A DNA stretch of 64,000 bases from an uncultured delta proteobacterium (GTDB lineage Bacteria > Myxococcota_A > Polyangia > Polyangiales > JAFGIB01), in assembly GCA_963778655.1 (NCBI GenBank), contig CAVZVA010000003.1, positions 768,001-832,000 of the forward strand, in the 5' to 3' direction. The position numbers and the translations under genes are program-made. Every line of letters begins with the position of its first letter. Position 1 is the stretch's first letter. Under the pieces are notes generated by a model, which was given only the letters and a program-made list of their open reading frames with translations, ran no database searches and was not told the DNA's origin. Below, piece by piece: positions 29,770-38,769 of the stretch.

Positions 29770-31680
29770 CTACACACCTGAGCCGGCCAGCTTTCGCACG
29801 CGTTCCGCGATGTGGTCCGGGTCCAGACCCTGGTGCGGCAGCTGCTCCCACAGGCCGCCAACGCCGGAACGGGTGGTGCCGAGGTGGTCGTAGCGCGGGC
29901 TATAGCCGCGGCGCAGCAGCCACGTGCCATAGCGCACGCCGAGCCCGGTGTTGCGGTTCTGACTCTCGACCAACAGCACGAAGGGACTCTTGCCCGCAAG
30001 CGCCAGCGCGTCCTCGTCGATCAGGTTGAGCGTGGGCTTGTGGATCAAGCCTACGTCGAGGCCCTGCTCGCGCAGGCGCTCCACCGCGTCGAGCGCGCGG
30101 AACACCATCTCTCCGTAGCTGACCACGTAGCCGGCGCTGCCCGTGCGGATCACGTCGTCCTTGCCGGGCTCGAAGCGGTAGTCGTCGCCGAACCGCAGCT
30201 TACCGTCGGCGCCGAGGATGTCCGGCACCGGCGAGCGCGTGGAGAACACGAAGCGCAAGCCCGGGTCGCCGAACACGCGCTCGACCACGGCGCGCATCTG
30301 GTGCTGATCGGCCGGGAAGTACAGCCTGGTGTGGTCGCCTTCGGGCAGGCCATTGTCGGCGAAGAAGTTGTTGACGCCGAAGTGGCAGGTGTTGTCCGCC
30401 ATGTCGTCGACGCCTGCGTGTGAGAAGTGCGCGAGCACATTGGCCTCGTTCAGGCGCGCCATGGTGATCTCGCTGATCAGCATCTCCAGGAACGCCGAGA
30501 AGGTGGCGAACACCCCCTGGCTGCCCGGCTCCATCCCGAAGCCGGCCGCGGCGGAATAGTTACCGCGCTCCATCACACCCCCTTCGACGTAAAGCTCCGG
30601 AAACGCCTTGCGCACGTGGACCAGGCCGCAGGAGCCCTCGAGGTCGTTGTCGAAGACGCGCACGCGGGCGCGCTGCTCCGCGCTCAAGTTGCCGAGCACC
30701 TGCACCAGCGCGGCGCCGAAGATCTCGCGGTTCTTGCCCCATTCGCCGGGCCCAATGCCGCGGAAGCTCTTGGGTCGCTTGCCGGCGCTGAGCGACTCGA
30801 GGTAGCGCACCGCCTCGGCGTGCCCGCGCGCGGCCAGGTAGGGCGCCGCGAGCTTGGCCTTGATCACGTCGTGGGCCTTGGGGCTGCCTTCGAGACCGGT
30901 CAGGCCGGTCGCCATCGTGCGCTTGTTGATCAGCGCGACCGGGCCCTTCAGCTGCAGCGCCCGGCACATCCGCGCGTGCAGCGCGTCGAGATCCTCACCT
31001 TGGCCGACATCGACTTGCAGCCCGTGCCCCGCCAGCGTTCGTGCGAGATCGTAGCCCGGCATGTACTGGCTGGGATGGCCGCTGATGGTGACGTCGTTGT
31101 CGTCGATCAGCAGCTTGAGCTCGAGCCGCTGCGCGACCGCCATGCGCGCAGCCTCGGCGTCGTTGCCCTCCATCTGCGAGCCGTCGGAACCGAACAGCAT
31201 GACAGCCTTGTCCGGGTGCGCCATCGCCACGCCGTTGACGAACGGCCACAAGTGGCCCAGCCGCCCCGAGGAGAACGCCACCCCGGGGGTCAGGCCGCGC
31301 TCGGGGTGGCCGGGAAGCTGCGCACCGGCCTCGCGGTAACGCAGCAGGCGCTCCGCCGCCATGTGGCCGCGCAGCACGCTGAGCAGGTACTGGATCGCCA
31401 CCCTGTGCCCGGCCTCGTCGAAGCAGATCGGCACGATCGCGGCGGCCGCCGGTCCGTGCATCATGCCGTCGGCGATCAACAGCTCCGGCACGATGTCGTA
31501 GGGGCCGCCGGTGTGGCCGCCGAGCCCCTTGGCCTCGGCCACCGCGGTGAAGAACACGATGCTGTCGCGGCACAGCTGGATGTTGCGCTGCAGCTGCGCG
31601 CGCTGCGCGTCGCTGAGGCTAGGTACGGCGGGGTCCAGTGCCACGCGCTGGAATGCGCCGAGATCGATCGGGAAGGCCAT
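29770..31680 (-). CDS. Divergent transketolase-family ThDP enzyme
   Basis: GGHTGG, LPGHPE, SSGRLG, SDGSQMEG..DDN, DLEGS, GVMER, TFSAFL. Confidence 0.85.
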   Translation of the reverse strand: MAFPIDLGAFQRVALDPAVPSLSDAQRAQLQRNIQLCRDSIVFFTAVAEAKGLGGHTGGPYDIVPELLIADGMMHGPAAAAIVPICFDEAGHRVAIQYLLSVLRGHMAAERLLRYREAGAQLPGHPERGLTPGVAFSSGRLGHLWPFVNGVAMAHPDKAVMLFGSDGSQMEGNDAEAARMAVAQRLELKLLIDDNDVTISGHPSQYMPGYDLARTLAGHGLQVDVGQGEDLDALHARMCRALQLKGPVALINKRTMATGLTGLEGSPKAHDVIKAKLAAPYLAARGHAEAVRYLESLSAGKRPKSFRGIGPGEWGKNREIFGAALVQVLGNLSAEQRARVRVFDNDLEGSCGLVHVRKAFPELYVEGGVMERGNYSAAAGFGMEPGSQGVFATFSAFLEMLISEITMARLNEANVLAHFSHAGVDDMADNTCHFGVNNFFADNGLPEGDHTRLYFPADQHQMRAVVERVFGDPGLRFVFSTRSPVPDILGADGKLRFGDDYRFEPGKDDVIRTGSAGYVVSYGEMVFRALDAVERLREQGLDVGLIHKPTLNLIDEDALALAGKSPFVLLVESQNRNTGLGVRYGTWLLRRGYSPRYDHLGTTRSGVGGLWEQLPHQGLDPDHIAERVRKLAGSGV

Positions 31681-31775
31681 GGCCCGGGGTTTCTACCAGG
31701 TTTGGGCCGACTTCCAAACGGCGATGAGCCCGTGGGGAGCGGGCAGGTCCCCGGATCGGGCGCCGCCCCCAGGCG

Positions 31776-32690
31776 CTACTTGGCCGCGCCGGCGATCGGA
31801 TCGCTGTCGTCCAGGCCCGCCAGAGAGTCGAGGATCTTGCCCTTCTTCGATTCCTGGCTGCGCTCGTAGATATGGCGCTGCTTCTCGCGCGCCTCTTGCT
31901 CGGCGCGCTGCTTGCGCGCGATGTACTCCTCGCGCGTCTCAGCGTGCTGGCCGTTGCCGAAGATGCTGCGCTTGCCCGTCTCCTTGGAGGCGATCGCGCC
32001 GGCGTGCACAGGGGCCAGAGCCCGCGTCGGCTCCGCGTCCGAGCTGGCGACCGCGCGCGAGCGACTTGGCGCCTTGTAGCGCCGGATGGTGTTGCTGCGC
32101 AGAGCGGCCAGCGAGCGCACGGTGTCCATGGCCTCGAACATCAGGGCGTACTCGTGGTGCTCGTCGGTCTTGTCCACGGCCCGCAGTCTCGTGTTGCGGT
32201 TGAGAAACTCGAGGAACTTGTACTTCGCGCCGCTGCCCGGATTGACCTCGCCATCCTTCTCGTAGCCCTTGCCGAAGCGCGCGCGCACCTTCTTGGAAAA
32301 GCGGCTGAAATCGCTCCCGCCGAAAGCCGACGCCGGGTAGAGCTTGACCCACTTCCACAGCTGCCCGCCGATGAAGAAGTAGTAGTTCGAGGAGCCGTCG
32401 CGGTCCTTGTACGACAGCATCGATTCCTCGTTGCCGTGAGTGTACTCCTCGGCCACGTCGCTGTGGTCCCAACGCGTCTTCTTGCCGTCGAACTCGACAT
32501 AGCTCGAGTTCAGCTCGCGCGCGTCGGCTTTGGAGAGCTTGCCCTCGAGCGCGGTCCGAACCTCGCGCTCGTTCATGCCCCAGCGCAGGTTGCCCATGGC
32601 GCCGGCAATGGCGTTGCCGGACGCGGCGGCGGGGGCGGCGTAGAGCCCGACGAGGGTCACGAGCAGCAGACCGACATACGAACGCATCAT
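31776..32690 (-). CDS. Exported hypothetical protein
   Basis: GGAGG RBS, signal peptide, LRWGM motif, charged C-terminal helix. Confidence 0.8.
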   Translation of the reverse strand: MMRSYVGLLLVTLVGLYAAPAAASGNAIAGAMGNLRWGMNEREVRTALEGKLSKADARELNSSYVEFDGKKTRWDHSDVAEEYTHGNEESMLSYKDRDGSSNYYFFIGGQLWKWVKLYPASAFGGSDFSRFSKKVRARFGKGYEKDGEVNPGSGAKYKFLEFLNRNTRLRAVDKTDEHHEYALMFEAMDTVRSLAALRSNTIRRYKAPSRSRAVASSDAEPTRALAPVHAGAIASKETGKRSIFGNGQHAETREEYIARKQRAEQEAREKQRHIYERSQESKKGKILDSLAGLDDSDPIAGAAK

Positions 32691-32938
32691 GAGACCTCCA
32701 TAGGATGCACAACCGAGCGGCAGCTCGTGGCTGACTGCCATCCCCATTCAGCGTACATGTGAGTGTGAAGCAATGGAACAGCCTTCCGGGTTCAGAACAA
32801 ATATAATATGGAATATATAGAGTTAATTGCGCAGATCCCGCACAATCACGGGTGCGAGAGACAGCTTCTGCGCAGCGCTACCACACCCACAAAGGGGGCG
32901 CTGGCACGCTGTTTACGACCACGGTTGCGGCCGCGGCC

Positions 32939-33925
32939 TCATTCGCACTGGCCGAGCGGCGCCACCAAACCGCCTAGCTCCAGCCCCGAGCCCGCGAAGC
33001 CGACACAGGACTGCCCCCCGCCGCACATCCCGGCCCCGGGCACCGCCCCCCCGTCGTCGTCGCCGGCAACGCCGGCGTCGCTGCCGTCCACCCCGCCTGC
33101 CGAGGTCTCGCAACTACGCCGGCAGATCAAGTCGGTCTGCATCCAGCGCGAGGGCGGGAGCCGCGTCGGCCCAAAGCAGCTGCTGCCGGGGTTGCAGTCG
33201 TTGACGTACATGCAGGCGTCGCCGTCGGCGACCGGCATCGGGTTGGGCGCCGCGCACACGCTGAGCACGCCCATACCGGTGTCGTTCAGTCGCAGATAAC
33301 AGCTGGTGCCACTGGCGCAGCCGACCTGCGCGGTGGGGTCGCAGCCGTCGCTGTCGCGGCACACCTCCTCGAGCGCGGTGGGATTGGGCACGCCCGAGGT
33401 GCAGTACTGGGTGGCCGACGGGCAAGCCACGCCGACCTGGCCCTGGAACCTGCCCGACTCGCACGAGAGCTGGCAGGTGTAGTGGTTGCGGACCTGCGGA
33501 TCTTGCGCGCAGTACTGCCCTTCGCCGCAGGGGTCGACATAGACCTCGTCCTGCAATCCCTCGGCCTTGTACGGCTGGGTCTGGCCGCCGAACGGGTCGC
33601 ACGGATCGCCCAGGTGCCGGGCGGGTACTCCCTCCACGCAACCGGCATAGATTGTGAACTGCCCCGCGTCGCCGGCGCGCCGGATCACGATTCGGCACTG
33701 CTGGCCGGCTCCACAGGAAGAGGGCGCGAAGCGGTCGCAACCGGGAATCGGGTCGCCCCCGGTGACCTGAGCGTCGCGGCGGTGAATGAACCCGCCGTCG
33801 TCTCCGGCGTCGTTGGGAACGCCGCCGTCCTGTTTGACTTGGCTGCCGCCGTGGCTGCTGCTGCAGGCCGCCAGCAGCAGCAGCGCAACGCCAGCGCGTG
33901 CTCCCTCGAGTGCCTGTGCCTTCAT
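32939..33925 (-). CDS. Cys-rich lipoprotein
   Basis: Lipobox LAAC; repeated CDP/CxxGxxC units. Confidence 0.8.
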   Translation of the reverse strand: MKAQALEGARAGVALLLLAACSSSHGGSQVKQDGGVPNDAGDDGGFIHRRDAQVTGGDPIPGCDRFAPSSCGAGQQCRIVIRRAGDAGQFTIYAGCVEGVPARHLGDPCDPFGGQTQPYKAEGLQDEVYVDPCGEGQYCAQDPQVRNHYTCQLSCESGRFQGQVGVACPSATQYCTSGVPNPTALEEVCRDSDGCDPTAQVGCASGTSCYLRLNDTGMGVLSVCAAPNPMPVADGDACMYVNDCNPGSSCFGPTRLPPSRWMQTDLICRRSCETSAGGVDGSDAGVAGDDDGGAVPGAGMCGGGQSCVGFAGSGLELGGLVAPLGQCE

Positions 33926-34012
33926 GTCGCACACGCTAGCCGCAGCTCTCAGCAGGGTCAATCGGGGCAGGGGGCCGAGGCGCGCGCTCGTGTTAAGCTC
34001 TAGTGCTCACGA

Positions 34013-35500
34013 ATGACCAGACATGACTCGATCCAGGAGCTGCTGCCGATCGCAGACCTGGCATTGCCGCTGGACGGACAGCCTCCCAAAGCACGGCGCA
34101 TCTACTGCAACCGCGACCTGCGGCTCGACCAGATCGCGGTCATCGGCTTCGATATGGACTACACGCTGGCGATCTATCGGCAGGACGAGATCGACCGGCT
34201 GAGCATCGATGCGACGGCCAAGAAGCTGGTCGAGCGCGGCTACCCGCGCTCGCTGCTGCACATGAGCTACCGCACGCACTTCCCGATCCGCGGGCTGCTG
34301 GTGGACACCAAGCTCGGCAACGTGCTCAAGACCGATCGCTATCGCTACGCAAAGAAGGCGTTTCACGGCACGCGCGCGCTCAGCAGCGAGGAGCGCAAGC
34401 AGCTCTATCAGGGCAAACGCATCCGCCCCGGCGCGCATTACCACTCGATCGACACGCTCTACGCGCTCAGCGAGGTCGCGGTGTTCGCGGCGGTGGTCGA
34501 CGCGCTCGACGGCAGCAAGCTCGACTACGCGGAGCTCTTCCAGCAGGTGCGCAGCAGCATCGACGAGGCGCACCGCGACGGCACCATCAAGAGCCGCATC
34601 ACCGCCGACCTCGATCGCTACCTCGAGCGCGATCCGGAGCTGCCAGCCACGCTGCACAAGCTGCGCAGCGCGGGCAAGAAGCTGTTTCTGCTGACCAACT
34701 CGGAGCTGAGCTATACCGAAACGGTGATGAGCCATCTGCTCGGTAGCGATCTCAGCGAATACCCCTCGTGGCGCAGCTACTTCGATGCGATCGTGGTCGA
34801 TGCGGGCAAGCCCGGTTTCTTCACCCAGGAGCACCGCCCGTTCTGCGAGCGCGATCCACAGAGCGGCGCGCTGGAGCCGAGCGCGGAGCTCGCGCGGGGT
34901 CACGTCTACCACGGCGGTTGTCTGACCGAGTTCGAGCGCATGCTGGGCGTGCGCGGCGATCACATCCTGTATGTCGGCGATCACATCTACGGCGACGTGT
35001 TGCGCGCCAAGAAGGAGAGCGCCTGGCGTACGTTGATGATCATCCAGGAGATGACCGACGAGCTCGACGCGATGGAGCGCTACGCGCCGGAGATCGAGCG
35101 CCTGCACCGGCTGGAGACGCGCCGCTACACGCTGCTCGACAGCCTGCGCGATCGGCAGGCGCTGCTGAAAGCGCTGGGGCGGCGGCTGGAGCAAGAGCAG
35201 CTACCGCGGGCGGACCGCGCCGAAATCGAGGCGGCGAAGCTGCGGTTGCGGCGCGCAATCGAGCGCGTGCGCGCGCAGCTGCGGGCGGTCGAAGACGAGC
35301 ACCTCGAGCTCGAACGGCGGCTGGAGAGCGCCTATCACCCCTTCTGGGGGTCGGCGTTCAAGGCCGAGTCGGAGCTCTCCAGCTTCGGCGAGCAGGTCGA
35401 GCGCTACGCCTGCGTGTACACCGACCGCGTGACCAACCTCGGCTGCTACTCGGCCAGCCACTACTTTCGCGGCCCGCGCCACCGCATGGCGCACGAGTGA
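34013..35500 (+). CDS. HAD-IG 5'-nucleotidase (cN-II-like)
   Basis: GFDMDYTLA, FLLTNS, KPGFF, YVGDHIYGDV, WRT, YACVYT. Confidence 0.93.
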   Translation: MTRHDSIQELLPIADLALPLDGQPPKARRIYCNRDLRLDQIAVIGFDMDYTLAIYRQDEIDRLSIDATAKKLVERGYPRSLLHMSYRTHFPIRGLLVDTKLGNVLKTDRYRYAKKAFHGTRALSSEERKQLYQGKRIRPGAHYHSIDTLYALSEVAVFAAVVDALDGSKLDYAELFQQVRSSIDEAHRDGTIKSRITADLDRYLERDPELPATLHKLRSAGKKLFLLTNSELSYTETVMSHLLGSDLSEYPSWRSYFDAIVVDAGKPGFFTQEHRPFCERDPQSGALEPSAELARGHVYHGGCLTEFERMLGVRGDHILYVGDHIYGDVLRAKKESAWRTLMIIQEMTDELDAMERYAPEIERLHRLETRRYTLLDSLRDRQALLKALGRRLEQEQLPRADRAEIEAAKLRLRRAIERVRAQLRAVEDEHLELERRLESAYHPFWGSAFKAESELSSFGEQVERYACVYTDRVTNLGCYSASHYFRGPRHRMAHE

Positions 35501-35513
35501 GGCGCGAGCCGGC

Positions 35514-36143
35514 TCAGCCGAGGCGGCTGGCAAGCAACGCGACCGCTTCGCGCAGCGCCTGGTGCGTGCGCGGTCCGGGCTTGCGCCCGAGCGAACGCCA
35601 GAAGAACTCGTTGCCCGCGACATAGCCGACCACCATCGCCCAGACCGACACCAGCATGGCCTCGGACAGCTCGGCGCTCGGTGGCGGTTGCAGTCGCTGG
35701 CCGAGCACCTCGCGGGTCTGGGCCGCCATCAACTTCATCTGCGGCAGAATGCGCTTGGCGTACATCGAGGTCGCGTCGCGGTCGTTGAAGATCGCCCAGC
35801 TGAGCAGGCGGCCGTACCACGGCTCGAGCGCGATCTCGAGGTAGAGATCGACCAGGCGGGCCGGAGTCGGGTTCGGCAGCGCCATCAGCCGCGCGACCAG
35901 ACGCTCCTGCACGCGCGACACCGCCTCGTCGAGCGTGGCCTCGACCAGCGCCGCGTAGCTGCCGAAGTAGTGGGTCACCAGCGCGTGACTGGTGCCTGCC
36001 TCCTCGGCCACGTCCTTGAGCCCGCAGGCCGAGGGGCCGTGGCGGGAGATCACGCGGACGGCCGCGTCGAGAATGTGCTGGCGCGCCTGCCGGGGGTCAC
36101 GGCGCACGCGCTTCTTCCCGGCGCGCACGGGCTGCTGGGCCAT
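35514..36143 (-). CDS. TetR/AcrR family regulator
   Basis: ILDAA..GLKDVAEEAGTSHALVTHYFGS HTH. Confidence 0.92.
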   Translation of the reverse strand: MAQQPVRAGKKRVRRDPRQARQHILDAAVRVISRHGPSACGLKDVAEEAGTSHALVTHYFGSYAALVEATLDEAVSRVQERLVARLMALPNPTPARLVDLYLEIALEPWYGRLLSWAIFNDRDATSMYAKRILPQMKLMAAQTREVLGQRLQPPPSAELSEAMLVSVWAMVVGYVAGNEFFWRSLGRKPGPRTHQALREAVALLASRLG

Positions 36144-36178
36144 GGCCGGGGTTGTAACACGCGCGCTCGAGTCGCTTT

Positions 36179-36224
36179 CTATTGACAACGGTGACAATAG
36201 CACTATTGAACCATGTGACAACAA
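36179..36224. promoter_or_regulatory. Tandem imperfect palindromic operator (CTATTGA-N5-GTGACAA x2) overlapping TTGACA
   Basis: CTATTGACAACGGTGACAATAG (36179-36200) and CTATTGAACCATGTGACAACAA (36203-36224), between the divergent tetR and coq4-like genes. Confidence 0.7.
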
Positions 36225-36234
36225 GGAGGTCGTC

Positions 36235-36951
36235 ATGTTCACCAAGCTGCTGGCAGGCCCTCGAGACGAGTCGGAGGCGGCAGACCTGGCGCTGGCCTCT
36301 GTGGCGGAGCGCGCGCGCTTGGCCTGGCGCGCCGGGATCGCGCTCGCGCTCGACCCGAGCGACACCCAACAGGTCTTCTACCTGGCCCAGGCCTTGGACC
36401 GTCCCACCCTGCCGCGCATCGCGGCCAGGCTCGCGGCGCTGCCGGCGGGCCGCGAGCTGCTGCGCGCCCGGCCGGCGATCGACTCGCGATCGGTCGACCT
36501 GGCCGCATTGCGCGCGCTGCCGGCGAACACGCTGGGCGGCGCGTACGTGCGCGTGCTGGACGAAAACGGTCTGGACCCCGACATCTTCCAGCGGCCGCCG
36601 GGGCTGCCCGACGACCTGGCCTACGTGGCGCAGCGCCTGCGCCAGACCCACGACCTGTGGCACGTCGTGACCGGCTTTGACACCGACGTACCCGGTGAGA
36701 TCGCGCTGCAGGCGTTCACCTACGCCCAACTCAGGCAGCGCTTTTCGCTGTTGATCGTGCTGTTCGGGCTGCTGATCTTCACGCTGCGGCATCCGCGCGT
36801 GTGGCCGATGAGCATGCGCGCGCGAAGGGTCGGAAAGCAGGCCGCGTGGCTGTTCGGCGAGCGCTTGGAAGACCGCTGGACCGAGCCGCTGGCCGCGCTG
36901 CGCGAGCGCCTCGGGCTGAGTGAGCTCGCTCAGCAGAACGAGCGCCGGTGA
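36235..36951 (+). CDS. Coq4-family protein
   Basis: AAGGAGGT RBS; LRALPANTLGGAY; HDLWHVVTGFDTDVPGE (HDxxH-x11-E). Confidence 0.88.
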   Translation: MFTKLLAGPRDESEAADLALASVAERARLAWRAGIALALDPSDTQQVFYLAQALDRPTLPRIAARLAALPAGRELLRARPAIDSRSVDLAALRALPANTLGGAYVRVLDENGLDPDIFQRPPGLPDDLAYVAQRLRQTHDLWHVVTGFDTDVPGEIALQAFTYAQLRQRFSLLIVLFGLLIFTLRHPRVWPMSMRARRVGKQAAWLFGERLEDRWTEPLAALRERLGLSELAQQNERR

Positions 36952-36976
36952 GCCGCCGCCCGAAAACGCTAACCGC

Positions 36977-37234
36977 CTACTCGGCGCTGTACACGCTGAC
37001 GCGCTGCTTGTCCTTGCCCATGCGCTCGAAGCGCACGACGCCGTCGATGCGCGCCCAAAGCGTGTAATCGCGGCCTAGCCCGACGTTGCGCCCGGCGTGG
37101 AAGCTCGAGCCGACCTGGCGCACCAGGATGCTGCCGGCCGAGACCTGCTGGCCGCCGAAGACCTTGACCCCGCGGTATTGTGCCTTGCTGTCGCGGCCGT
37201 TGCGGGTCGCGCCCTGACCTTTCTTGTGAGCCAT
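36977..37234 (-). CDS. rpmA: 50S ribosomal protein L27
   Basis: [29 protein letters not shown]. Confidence 0.98.
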   Translation of the reverse strand: MAHKKGQGATRNGRDSKAQYRGVKVFGGQQVSAGSILVRQVGSSFHAGRNVGLGRDYTLWARIDGVVRFERMGKDKQRVSVYSAE

Positions 37235-37247
37235 GGCTTTCTCCCGC

Positions 37248-37556
37248 TCAGGCGCTGATGCCCGTGATCTTGAGCTCGGTGAAGGGCTGGCGGTGACCGT
37301 TCTTACGGCGGTAGCGCTTGCGGCGCCGGATCTTGAACACGATCACCTTGCGGTCGCGGCCCTGCGCCACGATCTCCGCACTGACCTTGGCGCCCTGCAC
37401 CAGCGGCTTGCCCACCACCAGCTTGTCGCCGCCGAGCATCAGCACGTGGTCGAGCTCGAGCTTGTCGCCGGCCGCGCCGGGCAGCTTCTCCACGCGCAGG
37501 TGGCTACCTTCGCTCACGCGATACTGCTTGCCACCCGTCTTGATGACCGCGTACAT
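37248..37556 (-). CDS. rplU: 50S ribosomal protein L21
   Basis: [21 protein letters not shown]. Confidence 0.98.
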   Translation of the reverse strand: MYAVIKTGGKQYRVSEGSHLRVEKLPGAAGDKLELDHVLMLGGDKLVVGKPLVQGAKVSAEIVAQGRDRKVIVFKIRRRKRYRRKNGHRQPFTELKITGISA

Positions 37557-37709
37557 GTGCACATTCCCTTCGCACGCCCGGGCCGGGCAGGGGGTGGAAG
37601 TGTACGGATCGGCCCTCGAACTGCAACAAGAAAGCTGACTGGAGCTGCAGCCTTGCCCGCACGCCGCCGCAAGCCCGCCAAGCCCCCTTCCGCCGAGCCC
37701 CAAAGGCGC

Positions 37710-38360
37710 GTGCGCAGACGCGCCGACGGCCCCTCGGGTCTTCGGAAATTACCTCAAGATCTCGAGGACCTGGCTGCTGGGCGCCGAGACGCGCTGCGGC
37801 CCCGCCGGCGCCCCAAAGGGCGCATCGCCGACACCCGCGTAGCCGGCCTGATCGCGGGCGTAGCCAACCACGAGGCGCGGCGCGTGTTCGACGCACGCGC
37901 GGAGGCTCTGCGGGCACAGGACGCGCCCGAAGAGGCGCTGGAGCGCGGGCTGTGCGAGGCGGTGCTGCTGGGGCTGTGGCGCGCGCGCAACGTGACCGGG
38001 TTCGATGCGCTCGCCCAGCACGTGCTGGGCTTGCCGCTGGAGCGCGCGCGCGCGTTGGCGGCGCGCGGCGCCGAGCGGCGCGGGCTCCAGCTCGAGCAGC
38101 TGCCGGACGTGGCGGTCGCGCTGTGGCTGCGCAGCGAGGCCGCGTTGCTCGAGCGCTGCCCGCAAGCGGCGGTCGAGGTGCGGGTGGAGGACGAGCGCGT
38201 GGAGCTGGTGCTGCGGCTGCCGCTGGCGCCGGCGGCGCAGGCGGCCGAAGCGGTGGCGGCCGTCGGCCGCTCTGCCGCGGGCCTGGCGAGGGTGCTCGGC
38301 GGTGAGGCACCGCGCGAGGCCGCGGACGCGCGGACGCGCGGGCCACGCGGCCGCGACTGA
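37710..38360 (+). CDS. Hypothetical protein
   Basis: Protein-like 3' part of the 375-aa ORF, divergent from rplU; start uncertain. Confidence 0.55.
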   Translation: MRRRADGPSGLRKLPQDLEDLAAGRRDALRPRRRPKGRIADTRVAGLIAGVANHEARRVFDARAEALRAQDAPEEALERGLCEAVLLGLWRARNVTGFDALAQHVLGLPLERARALAARGAERRGLQLEQLPDVAVALWLRSEAALLERCPQAAVEVRVEDERVELVLRLPLAPAAQAAEAVAAVGRSAAGLARVLGGEAPREAADARTRGPRGRD

Positions 38361-38769
38361 CTGCACGCCGACCGGCGCGTGCACCTCGACCCAGAGGGGC
38401 TCGGCGACCGCCGAGTGTCGCGACAACGGGATCGAGCTGCGCTCGCCCGACGCGCCTCCGCTCTCGGTGACCGTGACCGAGAGCGACGGCAAGACGCCAT
38501 GAGGCATCGCGGACGTCAACATCGACAACGCCACCGCACAGCGGCACGGTCAGCGGCAAGGCATACGCGCGCAACGCGTCGCGCAGCGCGAGCGCCGCGT
38601 TGCGGCGTCTGCGCCGCCGCAGCCGCGCATGCACGTGCGCACGATGCGCAGCGTGCTGCGCGATCGCGCGCGATCTCACACTAGCGTGTGCACGACCGGC
38701 GCAAACCGGGTTGACCTCGCCGTCGGCATGCGCCCAATGTTGTGGGTGGGGTTGGGAGGAAGAAGATAT

